Shown here in pieces: positions 18,446-25,464 of a stretch of 32,000 bases of DNA. Each line of letters starts with the position of its first letter. The first letter of the stretch is position 1. Position numbers and translations under genes: made by a program. The notes below the pieces were generated by a model, which worked only from the letters and a program-made list of their open reading frames with translations, searched no databases and had not been told where the DNA came from. This DNA comes from an uncultured Gammaproteobacteria bacterium. GTDB lineage: Bacteria > Patescibacteriota > Patescibacteriia > UBA2591 > UBA6264. The DNA lies in assembly GCA_964507075.1 (NCBI GenBank), contig CAZDOL010000001.1, forward strand, positions 43,040-75,039, in the 5' to 3' direction.

Positions 18446-19147
18446 TTATTTAATGAATTTGCGCAAAAGAAGGTTAAAAAAAGTTTTAATACCGGTAGAT
18501 AAATTTTGGGTCTTACCCAAATCAGGTTTAGAAGAAGAATATTCAGTATAAATTCCCTCAATTGGAATTTCTTTTAATCGTAAATGATTATTTTTTATTT
18601 CTTTAAAAAATTCAGAAGAAACTTCCATTTCTCTGCTTTGGATATTTATTTTCTCTAAGGCCAAAGAATTAAGCGCTCTTAAACCTGATTGGCTATCAGT
18701 TGTTTTGATTCCGAACAAAAAGAAAGTAAATAGATTGGCGAACCAATTGTAAAACCATCTAATGGCTGGAACAGATTCGTCTCTTTGGTTAAAAGATTTC
18801 CCTAAAAAGCGTGAGCCGACAACAAAATCAGCCCTGGACTCTTCTATGGGTTTAATTAATAAAGGAATATCTTCGGCTCTGTGCTGTCCATCAGCATCCA
18901 TGGTAACTACTATTTCTGGATGGTATCGGCGAGCCGCCATTAATCCTGTAGCTAAAGTAGACCCTAATCCTAAATTTATAATATGACGATATGTCTTGGC
19001 GCCAGCTTCCATAGCTATTTGGCCCGTTCTGTCCGTCGACCCATCATCAACAACAATTACCAAAGAACTCTCTCTAAGGGCTGCGCGAACGACCCCAGCA
19101 ATAACTTTTTCTTCATTGTATGCAGGGATAACAACTATAATTTTCAT
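18446..19147 (-). CDS. Family 2 glycosyltransferase (polyprenyl-phosphate glycosyltransferase-like)
   Basis: 233 aa. VVIPAYNEE, VVDDGSTD and MDADGQH motifs. Confidence 0.85.
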   Translation of the reverse strand: MKIIVVIPAYNEEKVIAGVVRAALRESSLVIVVDDGSTDRTGQIAMEAGAKTYRHIINLGLGSTLATGLMAARRYHPEIVVTMDADGQHRAEDIPLLIKPIEESRADFVVGSRFLGKSFNQRDESVPAIRWFYNWFANLFTFFLFGIKTTDSQSGLRALNSLALEKINIQSREMEVSSEFFKEIKNNHLRLKEIPIEGIYTEYSSSKPDLGKTQNLSTGIKTFFNLLLRKFIK

Positions 19148-19156
19148 TAGAAATTT

Positions 19157-20200
19157 TTATTCGTCATATTTTTCTACCAAAGGTTGCAAAAGAATACGAT
19201 TAGCCTTTACGTAATCAATCATCTTTTCTAATCCTGCTTCTAAGGTAATGACAGGAAACCATTCTAATTTTTGTTTAATTAAAGATATGTCTGGCAGACC
19301 CAAGGGTCTCATGAATGACAAAAATTCTTTGAATTTAATACTTGAAGTTGAGCCTGTTAAATCAATAATCCGTTGAGCCAAGTCTGTCAAAAAATATTTA
19401 CGAGAATCTCCTAAATTAAATGGACCAGATTCCTCTGAAGACATTATCTTGGTTAGCCCTTGAATAATGTCATCAATATAGCAGAGAGAAGTAGCAAATT
19501 TTTCATCTCCGTAAATCACTAAAGGCTTATTATTCAGGGCCTGCAAAACAAAATCAGGAACCATCTGACCATCAAACAGCATTTCTCGTGGACCATAAAC
19601 CCTAAAAATACGAGCTATTTTAGCATCTATATTATATTTTTGACGATAAGTGATTATTGATGTCTCACTAATTCTTTTTCCCTCATCATAGCAAGCCCTA
19701 GGACCAGTAAAATCAACTTGGCCTAAATCAATTTCTTTAATCAAATTATCTCCGCCTGGACCATAAACTACTGACGAAGAAGCAAAAAGCAACCTTGATT
19801 GATAAAACTTGGTTAATTCTAGTATATTAATCGTTCCAAAAATATTAGTATGGAGAGTTTGAATTTGAGAATTATCAAAATTCTTAACAGAGGTAGGGCA
19901 AGCTAAATGGTAAATCTCTTGTATCCCGCGCAGTTTAATCTGAAAATCTTTTAATTCAGAGAATTGAGTCAAGTCTAAAGATTGATTAATGTCATACTTC
20001 AGTAAGCGAAAATTCGGCTTTTGTAAAAGATGCTTAATGTTTTCAATGTGGCCACTGTAAAAATTATCCACACAAATAACATTATCTCCGTCTCTGACCA
20101 AATGGTCACAAAGATGAGATCCAATAAAACCAGCTCCGCCCGTAACTAAAACATTCTTTTTATCTCCCTGATAAAATTTTTGTTTTTCTTTTGACGACAT
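19157..20200 (-). CDS. NAD-dependent sugar epimerase/dehydratase (UDP-glucuronate decarboxylase-like SDR)
   Basis: 347 aa. VLVTGGAGFIGSHLCD Rossmann motif, DNFYSGHIENIKHL and a YDEGKR (YxxxK) catalytic motif. Confidence 0.75.
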   Translation of the reverse strand: MSSKEKQKFYQGDKKNVLVTGGAGFIGSHLCDHLVRDGDNVICVDNFYSGHIENIKHLLQKPNFRLLKYDINQSLDLTQFSELKDFQIKLRGIQEIYHLACPTSVKNFDNSQIQTLHTNIFGTINILELTKFYQSRLLFASSSVVYGPGGDNLIKEIDLGQVDFTGPRACYDEGKRISETSIITYRQKYNIDAKIARIFRVYGPREMLFDGQMVPDFVLQALNNKPLVIYGDEKFATSLCYIDDIIQGLTKIMSSEESGPFNLGDSRKYFLTDLAQRIIDLTGSTSSIKFKEFLSFMRPLGLPDISLIKQKLEWFPVITLEAGLEKMIDYVKANRILLQPLVEKYDE

Positions 20201-20214
20201 AATAAATAATTAAA

Positions 20215-22353
20215 TTATTTTGTTATAATCCTAGATAAACTAATTTTTCCCTGAGGATTGATGTCTGTTATTTTAACTTGAATTTTATCTCCCTCTTTCA
20301 TAATATCGCTAGGATGATTGATTCTACGATCACTCATTTTAGAAATATGCAATAATCCATCTTGTCCTGGCACTAATTCTATAAAAGCTCCGAAGTCCAC
20401 AATTTTCACCACTCGACCCTCAAAAATTTCTCCTGCTTCTAATTCTCGCGTGATGTCTTTAACCCATTTAACCGCCCTAGATAATGATTCTTTGTCAGGA
20501 GAAGAAATAGACACAGTGCCAGTTTGTTCAATTTCAATCATGGCCCCAGTTTTATTAATAATCTCATTGATTATTTTGCCGCCCGGACCAATTACATCCC
20601 TAATCTTTTCAGGATTAATTTGAAAGACTATTACTCGCGGAGCGTATTGAGATAATTCCTCTCTTTCTTTGCTTAAGACACTAATCATTTTATCTAAAAT
20701 TTGAGAACGCGCTTTTTTAGACGCCTCAAGTGTCTCTTTGATAATTTCGGGCGTTAATCCTTTTGTTTTTGTGTCTAACTGTATAGCTATGATACCCTCT
20801 TTGCTTCCAATAACCTTAAAATCCATTCCGCCAGGCCCATCCTCTAAATCTTGCATATCAGTTAAAACCTTATAACGCTTAAAACCATTAACGTCTTCTT
20901 CTGACGCTAGACCAATGGCTATTCCAGCCACTGGTTTTTTAATTGGGATGCCAGCATCCATTGACGCTAAAACTGAAGCACAAAGAGATGCCATAGAGCT
21001 AGAACCATTAGAGGAAAGAACCTCTGAGACAATACGAATAGTGTAAGGGAACCCTTCTCTGTCTGGGATTATTGGCAACATCCCCTTCTCAGCCAAAGCG
21101 CCGTGCCCTATTTCTCTACGGCTTGTTGACCTCATTGGCTTGGTTTCGCCAGTGCAAAATGGAGGAAAATTATAATGATGCATAAATGGTTTGCGGATAT
21201 TTTCTTCCATTGTGTCCAAATATTGTTCAGAACCTGGTGCTCCTAATGTTACAATAGAAAGCACTTGAGTTTCACCTCGTGCAAAAAGAGCTGAACCATG
21301 AACCCTTGGCAATACTCCGGCACTACAACTTATTGGACGAATTTCGTCAAGTTTACGTCCATCAATGCGCTTATCTTTGTCTAAAATTCCTAAACTAACT
21401 TGATGGTAAATTAATTCATTAGCATATTCAATCGCTTTTGTACGTTTTTCTTTGCCAATATTTTTTTCTAAGAGAATCTCTTCTAATTTTGCTCTTGTTT
21501 TCTCAGCAGCACCAATTCTATCTTTTCTGCTTTTCAATAGTTCGGAAAACAAATATTTCGGCGCCTCTTTATTAACAATATCCTCTGTCATCTTTTTTAG
21601 CTCCTCTCTGGTTGGTTTTTCGTCTGATGAAGGTGCTTTGATGATTAGGGGTATTTTTTCTTTCCCAGCTTTTTTTTCAATCTCTTTTATAAAATCATTG
21701 ATTTGATCGCATGCCTTAACTCCATACTGAATTGCTTCAGCCATTACTTCATCACTCACATCTTTAGCGCCGGCCTCAATCATTAAAACACGACCATTAA
21801 GCCCACTAACAAATAAATCTAAATCGCTTTTCTCTCGTTCATCATAACTTGGATTAAGAATCCATTGTTCTTTATTTTCTGTATCGCCCAAAGACCTAGA
21901 TACACGAACTCCTGCTATTGGCCCTTCCCACTCAATGTCAGAAATAGCCAAAGCAATAGAACTAGCGCAAAATGCTACAACATCTGGATCATTTTCCTGG
22001 TCAACTGAAAGAACAGTTAATACAACTTGCACTGCCCGACGACAATCTTGGTTAAAAAGAGGTCTAACTGAACGATCAATTAAACGACCAGTTAAGACTG
22101 CTTCATCAGCGGGTCTAGTTTCTCTCTTAATAAAACGCGAACCCTTTATTTTGCCCGCAGCATAAAACCTTTCCTCATATTCAACAGATAATGGGAAATA
22201 ATCAACCCCCTCCCTTTGTGAAGACCCTAATACTGCTGTAGCTAACACAGTAGTTTCACCATATTGGACAACACAACTACCATTTGCTTGGCCAGCAACT
22301 TCCCCAATCTTAACAATCATCTTTTTTCCTCCGATTTCTTTTGTAAATTCCAT
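20215..22353 (-). CDS. pnp: Polynucleotide phosphorylase
   Basis: 712 aa. Two RNase PH-like domains, then KH (GPGGKIINEI) and S1 (GEIFEGRVVKIVDFGAFIEL) domains. Confidence 0.95.
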   Translation of the reverse strand: MEFTKEIGGKKMIVKIGEVAGQANGSCVVQYGETTVLATAVLGSSQREGVDYFPLSVEYEERFYAAGKIKGSRFIKRETRPADEAVLTGRLIDRSVRPLFNQDCRRAVQVVLTVLSVDQENDPDVVAFCASSIALAISDIEWEGPIAGVRVSRSLGDTENKEQWILNPSYDEREKSDLDLFVSGLNGRVLMIEAGAKDVSDEVMAEAIQYGVKACDQINDFIKEIEKKAGKEKIPLIIKAPSSDEKPTREELKKMTEDIVNKEAPKYLFSELLKSRKDRIGAAEKTRAKLEEILLEKNIGKEKRTKAIEYANELIYHQVSLGILDKDKRIDGRKLDEIRPISCSAGVLPRVHGSALFARGETQVLSIVTLGAPGSEQYLDTMEENIRKPFMHHYNFPPFCTGETKPMRSTSRREIGHGALAEKGMLPIIPDREGFPYTIRIVSEVLSSNGSSSMASLCASVLASMDAGIPIKKPVAGIAIGLASEEDVNGFKRYKVLTDMQDLEDGPGGMDFKVIGSKEGIIAIQLDTKTKGLTPEIIKETLEASKKARSQILDKMISVLSKEREELSQYAPRVIVFQINPEKIRDVIGPGGKIINEIINKTGAMIEIEQTGTVSISSPDKESLSRAVKWVKDITRELEAGEIFEGRVVKIVDFGAFIELVPGQDGLLHISKMSDRRINHPSDIMKEGDKIQVKITDINPQGKISLSRIITK

Positions 22354-22468
22354 AATCTTATCTTTTTAATGGGGACTGTCCCCTTTTTCCGTGCCCTGCA
22401 AACTCGCTTTAGTTCTACATCGTATCCAGATTTTTTGGATTTGGCACGATTTAACTTTTTTTTATTAT

Positions 22469-23053
22469 TTATTTTTTATTTATTATTTTTTTATTTCTAT
22501 TCCAGTTATTATTTTGTTTATGTCTTGTTGTAACTTTTTTTCGGATCAAAAAATCGCTCCCCCTTCCTCCTAAATCCGAAAAATCATCCACTTTTTTTAT
22601 TAGATTAGAGGAGGTTGTCCTCTTAAAAGACAATAACTCAACTCGGCAACCCTTATTTTCCTTTAAATATTGAACCAAAGGAATAAAGTCGCCGTCGCCA
22701 GTAACTAAAACCACTACATCTAATTTATCAGCTAACTTGATAGCATCCACCGCCAAACCAACATCCCAGTCCGCTTTTTTCATTCCTCCAGGAAATATTT
22801 GTAAATCCTTAACCTTTAATTCAAAGCCATATTTAGAAATGGTTTCAAAAAATGCCTGTTCTTCGGAAGTATTAGAACAAATTACATAAGCAATGGCTCT
22901 AATGAGTTGCCTATCTCCTACAGCTACGCTCAAAATTTTATCAAAATTTACATTAGCGTTGTACAAATTTTTGCCAGAATGATACATGTTCTGGACGTCA
23001 ATAAAAACGCCCACTCTCTGATCTTTATGCTGTTGATCATTACGTTTAGACAT
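22469..23053 (-). CDS. NYN-domain (LabA/DUF88-like) predicted ribonuclease
   Basis: 194 aa. VGVFIDVQNMYHS and VVLVTGDGDFIPLV motifs, with a Lys/Asn-rich C-terminal tail. Confidence 0.7.
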   Translation of the reverse strand: MSKRNDQQHKDQRVGVFIDVQNMYHSGKNLYNANVNFDKILSVAVGDRQLIRAIAYVICSNTSEEQAFFETISKYGFELKVKDLQIFPGGMKKADWDVGLAVDAIKLADKLDVVVLVTGDGDFIPLVQYLKENKGCRVELLSFKRTTSSNLIKKVDDFSDLGGRGSDFLIRKKVTTRHKQNNNWNRNKKIINKK

Positions 23054-23111
23054 ATAATTAAATTACTTTAATTTTTATACGATAATATTTAATTTCAAGC
23101 TCTGCTTATAA

Positions 23112-23384
23112 TTATTTACGTTTTATTTTTTTAATAATTTTTTCATAACTAACCGCATCATTAATTTTTAAATATTTAATAAATTTGCGGCGCTCACTAA
23201 CTTTTTGAACTAAACTGCGTCTGCAGGAAAAATCATGAATATGTTTTTTCAAATGTTCAGTCAATTCTTTGATTTCCTTACCCAAAAGACCTATTTGAAC
23301 CTCTGCAGAACCAGTATCTTGAGGATTTTTTTGAAAATCTTTAATAACTTCTTGTTTTTTTTCTTTTTTCGCTTTATTTGCCAT
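23112..23384 (-). CDS. rpsO: 30S ribosomal protein S15
   Basis: 90 aa. TGSAEVQIGLL...LTEHLKKHIHDFSCRRSLVQKVSERRKFIKYL. Confidence 0.9.
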   Translation of the reverse strand: MANKAKKEKKQEVIKDFQKNPQDTGSAEVQIGLLGKEIKELTEHLKKHIHDFSCRRSLVQKVSERRKFIKYLKINDAVSYEKIIKKIKRK

Positions 23385-23481
23385 AAATCTTATATTTTAC
23401 CAACAAATTATATCTCCTTTTATCATATATTATCTTAATATAAATGTCAAACTTTACTCTGAACAAAAGCGTCGTGAAATC

Positions 23482-23510
23482 TTGACAAAACGCCAAATAA
23501 TCAATAGAAT
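23482..23510 (+). promoter_or_regulatory. Sigma-70-type promoter, TTGACA-17-TAGAAT, 9 nt upstream of the recombinase ATG
   Basis: TTGACA at 23482..23487, a 17-nt spacer, TAGAAT at 23505..23510, ATG at 23520. No Shine-Dalgarno sequence. Confidence 0.6.
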
Positions 23511-23519
23511 AAAAAAAGT

Positions 23520-24449
23520 ATGCCTACTGAAATAAAAAAATTAATCACTGAATTTTTAGAATATTTAGAAATTGAAAAAGGTTGCAGTCCTTTAACTATC
23601 AGGAATTATGATTTTTATTTGCAAAGATTTGTTAAACAATCTAAAATAAACTCTCCAAAAGAAATCACCAAAGAAACTGTTAGACAATTCCGCCTTTGGT
23701 TATCGCGTTTAAAAAATTATCATCAGGATAATTTATCTTTAGCAACCCGAAACTATCATTTGATAGCCATTCGTTGTCTTCTTAAATATCTGGCCATTAA
23801 AGATATTCCCTCTTTAGCTCCTGAAAAAATTGAACTAGCCAAAACAGGAGAAAGGCAAATATCCTTTTTAGAGGGGGATGATTTAGAAAAATTACTTGAC
23901 GCTCCCCTTCAAGTGAAACAAAAAGAAATTATTACCTATCGCGACAAAGCTATTCTGGAACTGCTTTTTTCAACTGGCTTAAGGGTTTCTGAATTAACCA
24001 ACCTCAAAAAAGAAAACATAAATCTCAAAAAAGATGAATTCAGCATAAAGGGCAAGGGCCAAAAATGGCGTCTGGTGTTTCTGTCTAACCAAGCCAAATA
24101 TTGGTTAAAAAAATATTTAGAAAAAAGAACCGACATTGACCCAGCACTTTTTATACGTTATGATAGGGCATCAAAAAATAACCAAAAATCACTAGGTATT
24201 ACTCCTCGTTCTGTCCAAAGATTGGTTCAAAAATATTCTAAAGTTGCCGGCTTAACTCGCAAAATCAGTGTTCATACTCTTCGGCATAGCTTTGCCACCG
24301 ACCTATTGTCTGGTGGAGCCAATTTACGAGCAGTTCAAGAATTGTTAGGACATCGAAATATAACTACTACTCAAATTTATACTCATGTCACAAATCAACA
24401 TTTAAGAGAAATATACCAAAATTTTCACGACCAAAAAAGAAAAAAATAA
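23520..24449 (+). CDS. Tyrosine recombinase, XerC/XerD family
   Basis: 309 aa. N-terminal SAM-like core-binding domain (FLEYLEIEKGCSPLTIRNY) and catalytic residues in TGLRVSEL, HTLRHSFAT and GHRNITTTQIYTHV. Confidence 0.85.
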   Translation: MPTEIKKLITEFLEYLEIEKGCSPLTIRNYDFYLQRFVKQSKINSPKEITKETVRQFRLWLSRLKNYHQDNLSLATRNYHLIAIRCLLKYLAIKDIPSLAPEKIELAKTGERQISFLEGDDLEKLLDAPLQVKQKEIITYRDKAILELLFSTGLRVSELTNLKKENINLKKDEFSIKGKGQKWRLVFLSNQAKYWLKKYLEKRTDIDPALFIRYDRASKNNQKSLGITPRSVQRLVQKYSKVAGLTRKISVHTLRHSFATDLLSGGANLRAVQELLGHRNITTTQIYTHVTNQHLREIYQNFHDQKRKK

Positions 24450-24494
24450 CGCTGAAGATTGAATAATTTGAAAATTAAAGGATTAAGGGATTTG

Positions 24495-24535
24495 ATGTTC
24501 CTATGTTCTCATGTTCAAATGTTCTCATGATTCAT
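24495..24535. repeat. Tandem 8-bp repeat (ATGTTCCT ATGTTCTC ATGTTCAA ATGTTCTC ATGATTC AT)
   Basis: ATGTTC begins at 24495, 24503, 24511 and 24519, with a degenerate unit at 24527. Abuts the tRNA-Arg 5' fragment copy. Confidence 0.85.
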
Positions 24536-24548
24536 GCCCCTATAGTTC
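24536..24548 (+). other. Duplicated 13-nt copy of the tRNA-Arg 5' end (GCCCCTATAGTTC)
   Basis: Identical to 24652..24664 (acceptor 5' strand plus the first D-stem strand of the intact tRNA-Arg). Confidence 0.85.
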
Positions 24549-24651
24549 CCTCCTTCGCTCAAATTTGCATTTGAGCTTCGGAAGGGCAAGCATCAACATT
24601 AAAAGGTTTGCTCGCCCATCGAAGCTTCGATGTAAATCGAAGCGTAGTTGG

Positions 24652-24726
24652 GCCCCTATAGTTCAACGGATAGAACGAGAGACTTCTAATCTCTAGATAG
24701 AGGTTCGATTCCTCTTGGGGGTACCA
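24652..24726 (+). tRNA. tRNA-Arg (anticodon TCT), CCA encoded
   Basis: Hand-folded cloverleaf. Acceptor GCCCCTA/TGGGGGT (two G-T wobbles), D arm GTTC-AACGGATA-GAAC, anticodon arm AGAGA-CTTCTAA-TCTCT, T arm AGAGG-TTCGATT-CCTCT, discriminator A, CCA. Confidence 0.9.
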
Positions 24727-24732
24727 TTTCAT

Positions 24733-24770
24733 GGCGGCTATAGTTCAATGGTAGAACAGCGGATTGTGGG
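24733..24770 (+). pseudogene. Truncated tRNA-His (GTG): 5' half only, ending at the anticodon loop
   Basis: G-1, acceptor GCGGCTA, D arm GTTC-AATGGTA-GAAC, anticodon stem GCGGA and loop TTGTGGG. No matching 3' stem, T arm or TAGCCGC acceptor strand anywhere downstream. Confidence 0.7.
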
Positions 24771-24790
24771 TTTATCCACAGCACGATGTT

Positions 24791-24819
24791 TTGACATCTA
24801 TATAAAATTAGGCTATAAT
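24791..24819 (+). promoter_or_regulatory. Perfect consensus sigma-70 promoter, TTGACA-17-TATAAT, 7 nt upstream of the HNH gene ATG
   Basis: TTGACA at 24791..24796, a 17-nt spacer, TATAAT at 24814..24819, ATG at 24827. No Shine-Dalgarno sequence, so the transcript is predicted to be leaderless or nearly so. Confidence 0.7.
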
Positions 24820-24826
24820 AGTAACC

Positions 24827-25303
24827 ATGCCTTATGTTAGATGTAAAATCTGTGATAAAAAATTCTACACCAAGCCATCGTACTTAAAACTTGGTTGGGG
24901 AAAATATTGCTCAATAAAATGTAAACGCATAGCCCAGTTAAAGGGGAAATTTGTAAAATGTCATACTTGCGGCAAAAAGACATGGAAAGCTCCCAAAGCA
25001 TTGAAGCATTCAAAAAGCGGGAATTTCTTTTGTTGTAAATCATGTCAAACCATATGGAGGAATCAATATTATTCTGGACCAAAACATCCTAATTGGAAAG
25101 GCGGAGAACATAGGCAATATAGAAAAATATTGCTTAAAAATGGCAAAACACCAGTTTGTCAAATCTGTGGACTAAAAGATAAAAGAGTGCTTATAGCACA
25201 TCATAAAGATAGAAACCGAAAAAATCAGACCATTGAAAATCTTATATGGTTATGTTTAAACTGTCATCACCTAGTGCATCATTACAATAAATCTATCCAT
25301 TAA
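24827..25303 (+). CDS. HNH endonuclease with N-terminal zinc-ribbon repeats (free-standing homing-endonuclease-like)
   Basis: 158 aa. CxxC pairs (CKICDKK...CSIKC, CHTCGKK...CCKSC) and an HNH core CQICG...HHKDRNRKNQTIENLIWLCLNCHHLVH. Confidence 0.85.
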   Translation: MPYVRCKICDKKFYTKPSYLKLGWGKYCSIKCKRIAQLKGKFVKCHTCGKKTWKAPKALKHSKSGNFFCCKSCQTIWRNQYYSGPKHPNWKGGEHRQYRKILLKNGKTPVCQICGLKDKRVLIAHHKDRNRKNQTIENLIWLCLNCHHLVHHYNKSIH

Positions 25304-25313
25304 TAATTATTAT

Positions 25314-25388
25314 GGCGACCTTGGTGTAGGAGTAGCACAAAAGCCTGTGGAGCTTTCGGCAGGGGTGCAAATCCCCTAGGTCGCCCCA
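25314..25388 (+). tRNA. tRNA-His (anticodon GTG) with encoded G-1:C73 and CCA; atypical T loop
   Basis: G-1, acceptor GCGACCT/AGGTCGC, D arm GTGT-AGGAGTA-GCAC, anticodon arm AAAGC-CTGTGGA-GCTTT, T arm AGGGG-TGCAAAT-CCCCT, discriminator C, CCA. Starts 10 nt after the HNH stop codon. Confidence 0.8.
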
Positions 25389-25393
25389 TAAAA

Positions 25394-25418
25394 ACATCTC
25401 TTTTTTAGAGGTGTTTTT
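25394..25418 (+). terminator. Intrinsic terminator after tRNA-His
   Basis: ACATCTCT-TTTTT-AGAGGTGT hairpin (one G-T pair) followed by TTTT. Confidence 0.65.
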
Positions 25419-25464
25419 GTGTATAAAAAATACTTGCCCATGTCGGACCTAGGCAAGACTATTA

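Noticed and set aside
24511-24696. 61-aa ORF across the tRNA-Arg region
   Set aside because: It runs through the 8-bp repeat, the hairpin-rich insert and the tRNA-Arg gene itself, so it is explained by the RNA/repeat features.
23520-24726. Tyrosine recombinase plus tRNA as the edge of an integrated genomic island
   Set aside because: The recombinase has the XerC/D-type N-terminal domain and lies 5' of the tRNA rather than next to its 3' end. The only direct repeat is the 13-mer 116 nt away, and flanking genes on both sides are core housekeeping genes.
24772-24780. Perfect DnaA-box consensus TTATCCACA at the tRNA-His breakpoint, near a strand-switch region (possible oriC)
   Set aside because: It is a single box. 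A second perfect copy lies inside the epimerase CDS (20064..20072), showing that such 9-mers occur by chance in this composition. There is no cluster of boxes, no AT-rich unwinding repeats and no dnaA/dnaN nearby, and genes return to the minus strand after 25520.
24733-25388. tRNA-His interrupted by a group I intron carrying the HNH ORF (or a split tRNA)
   Set aside because: The 5' half acceptor GCGGCTA and anticodon stem GCGGA are not complementary to the downstream 3' strands (AGGTCGC, GCTTT). The downstream gene is a complete tRNA with its own 5' half, and the interval shows no obvious group I core.
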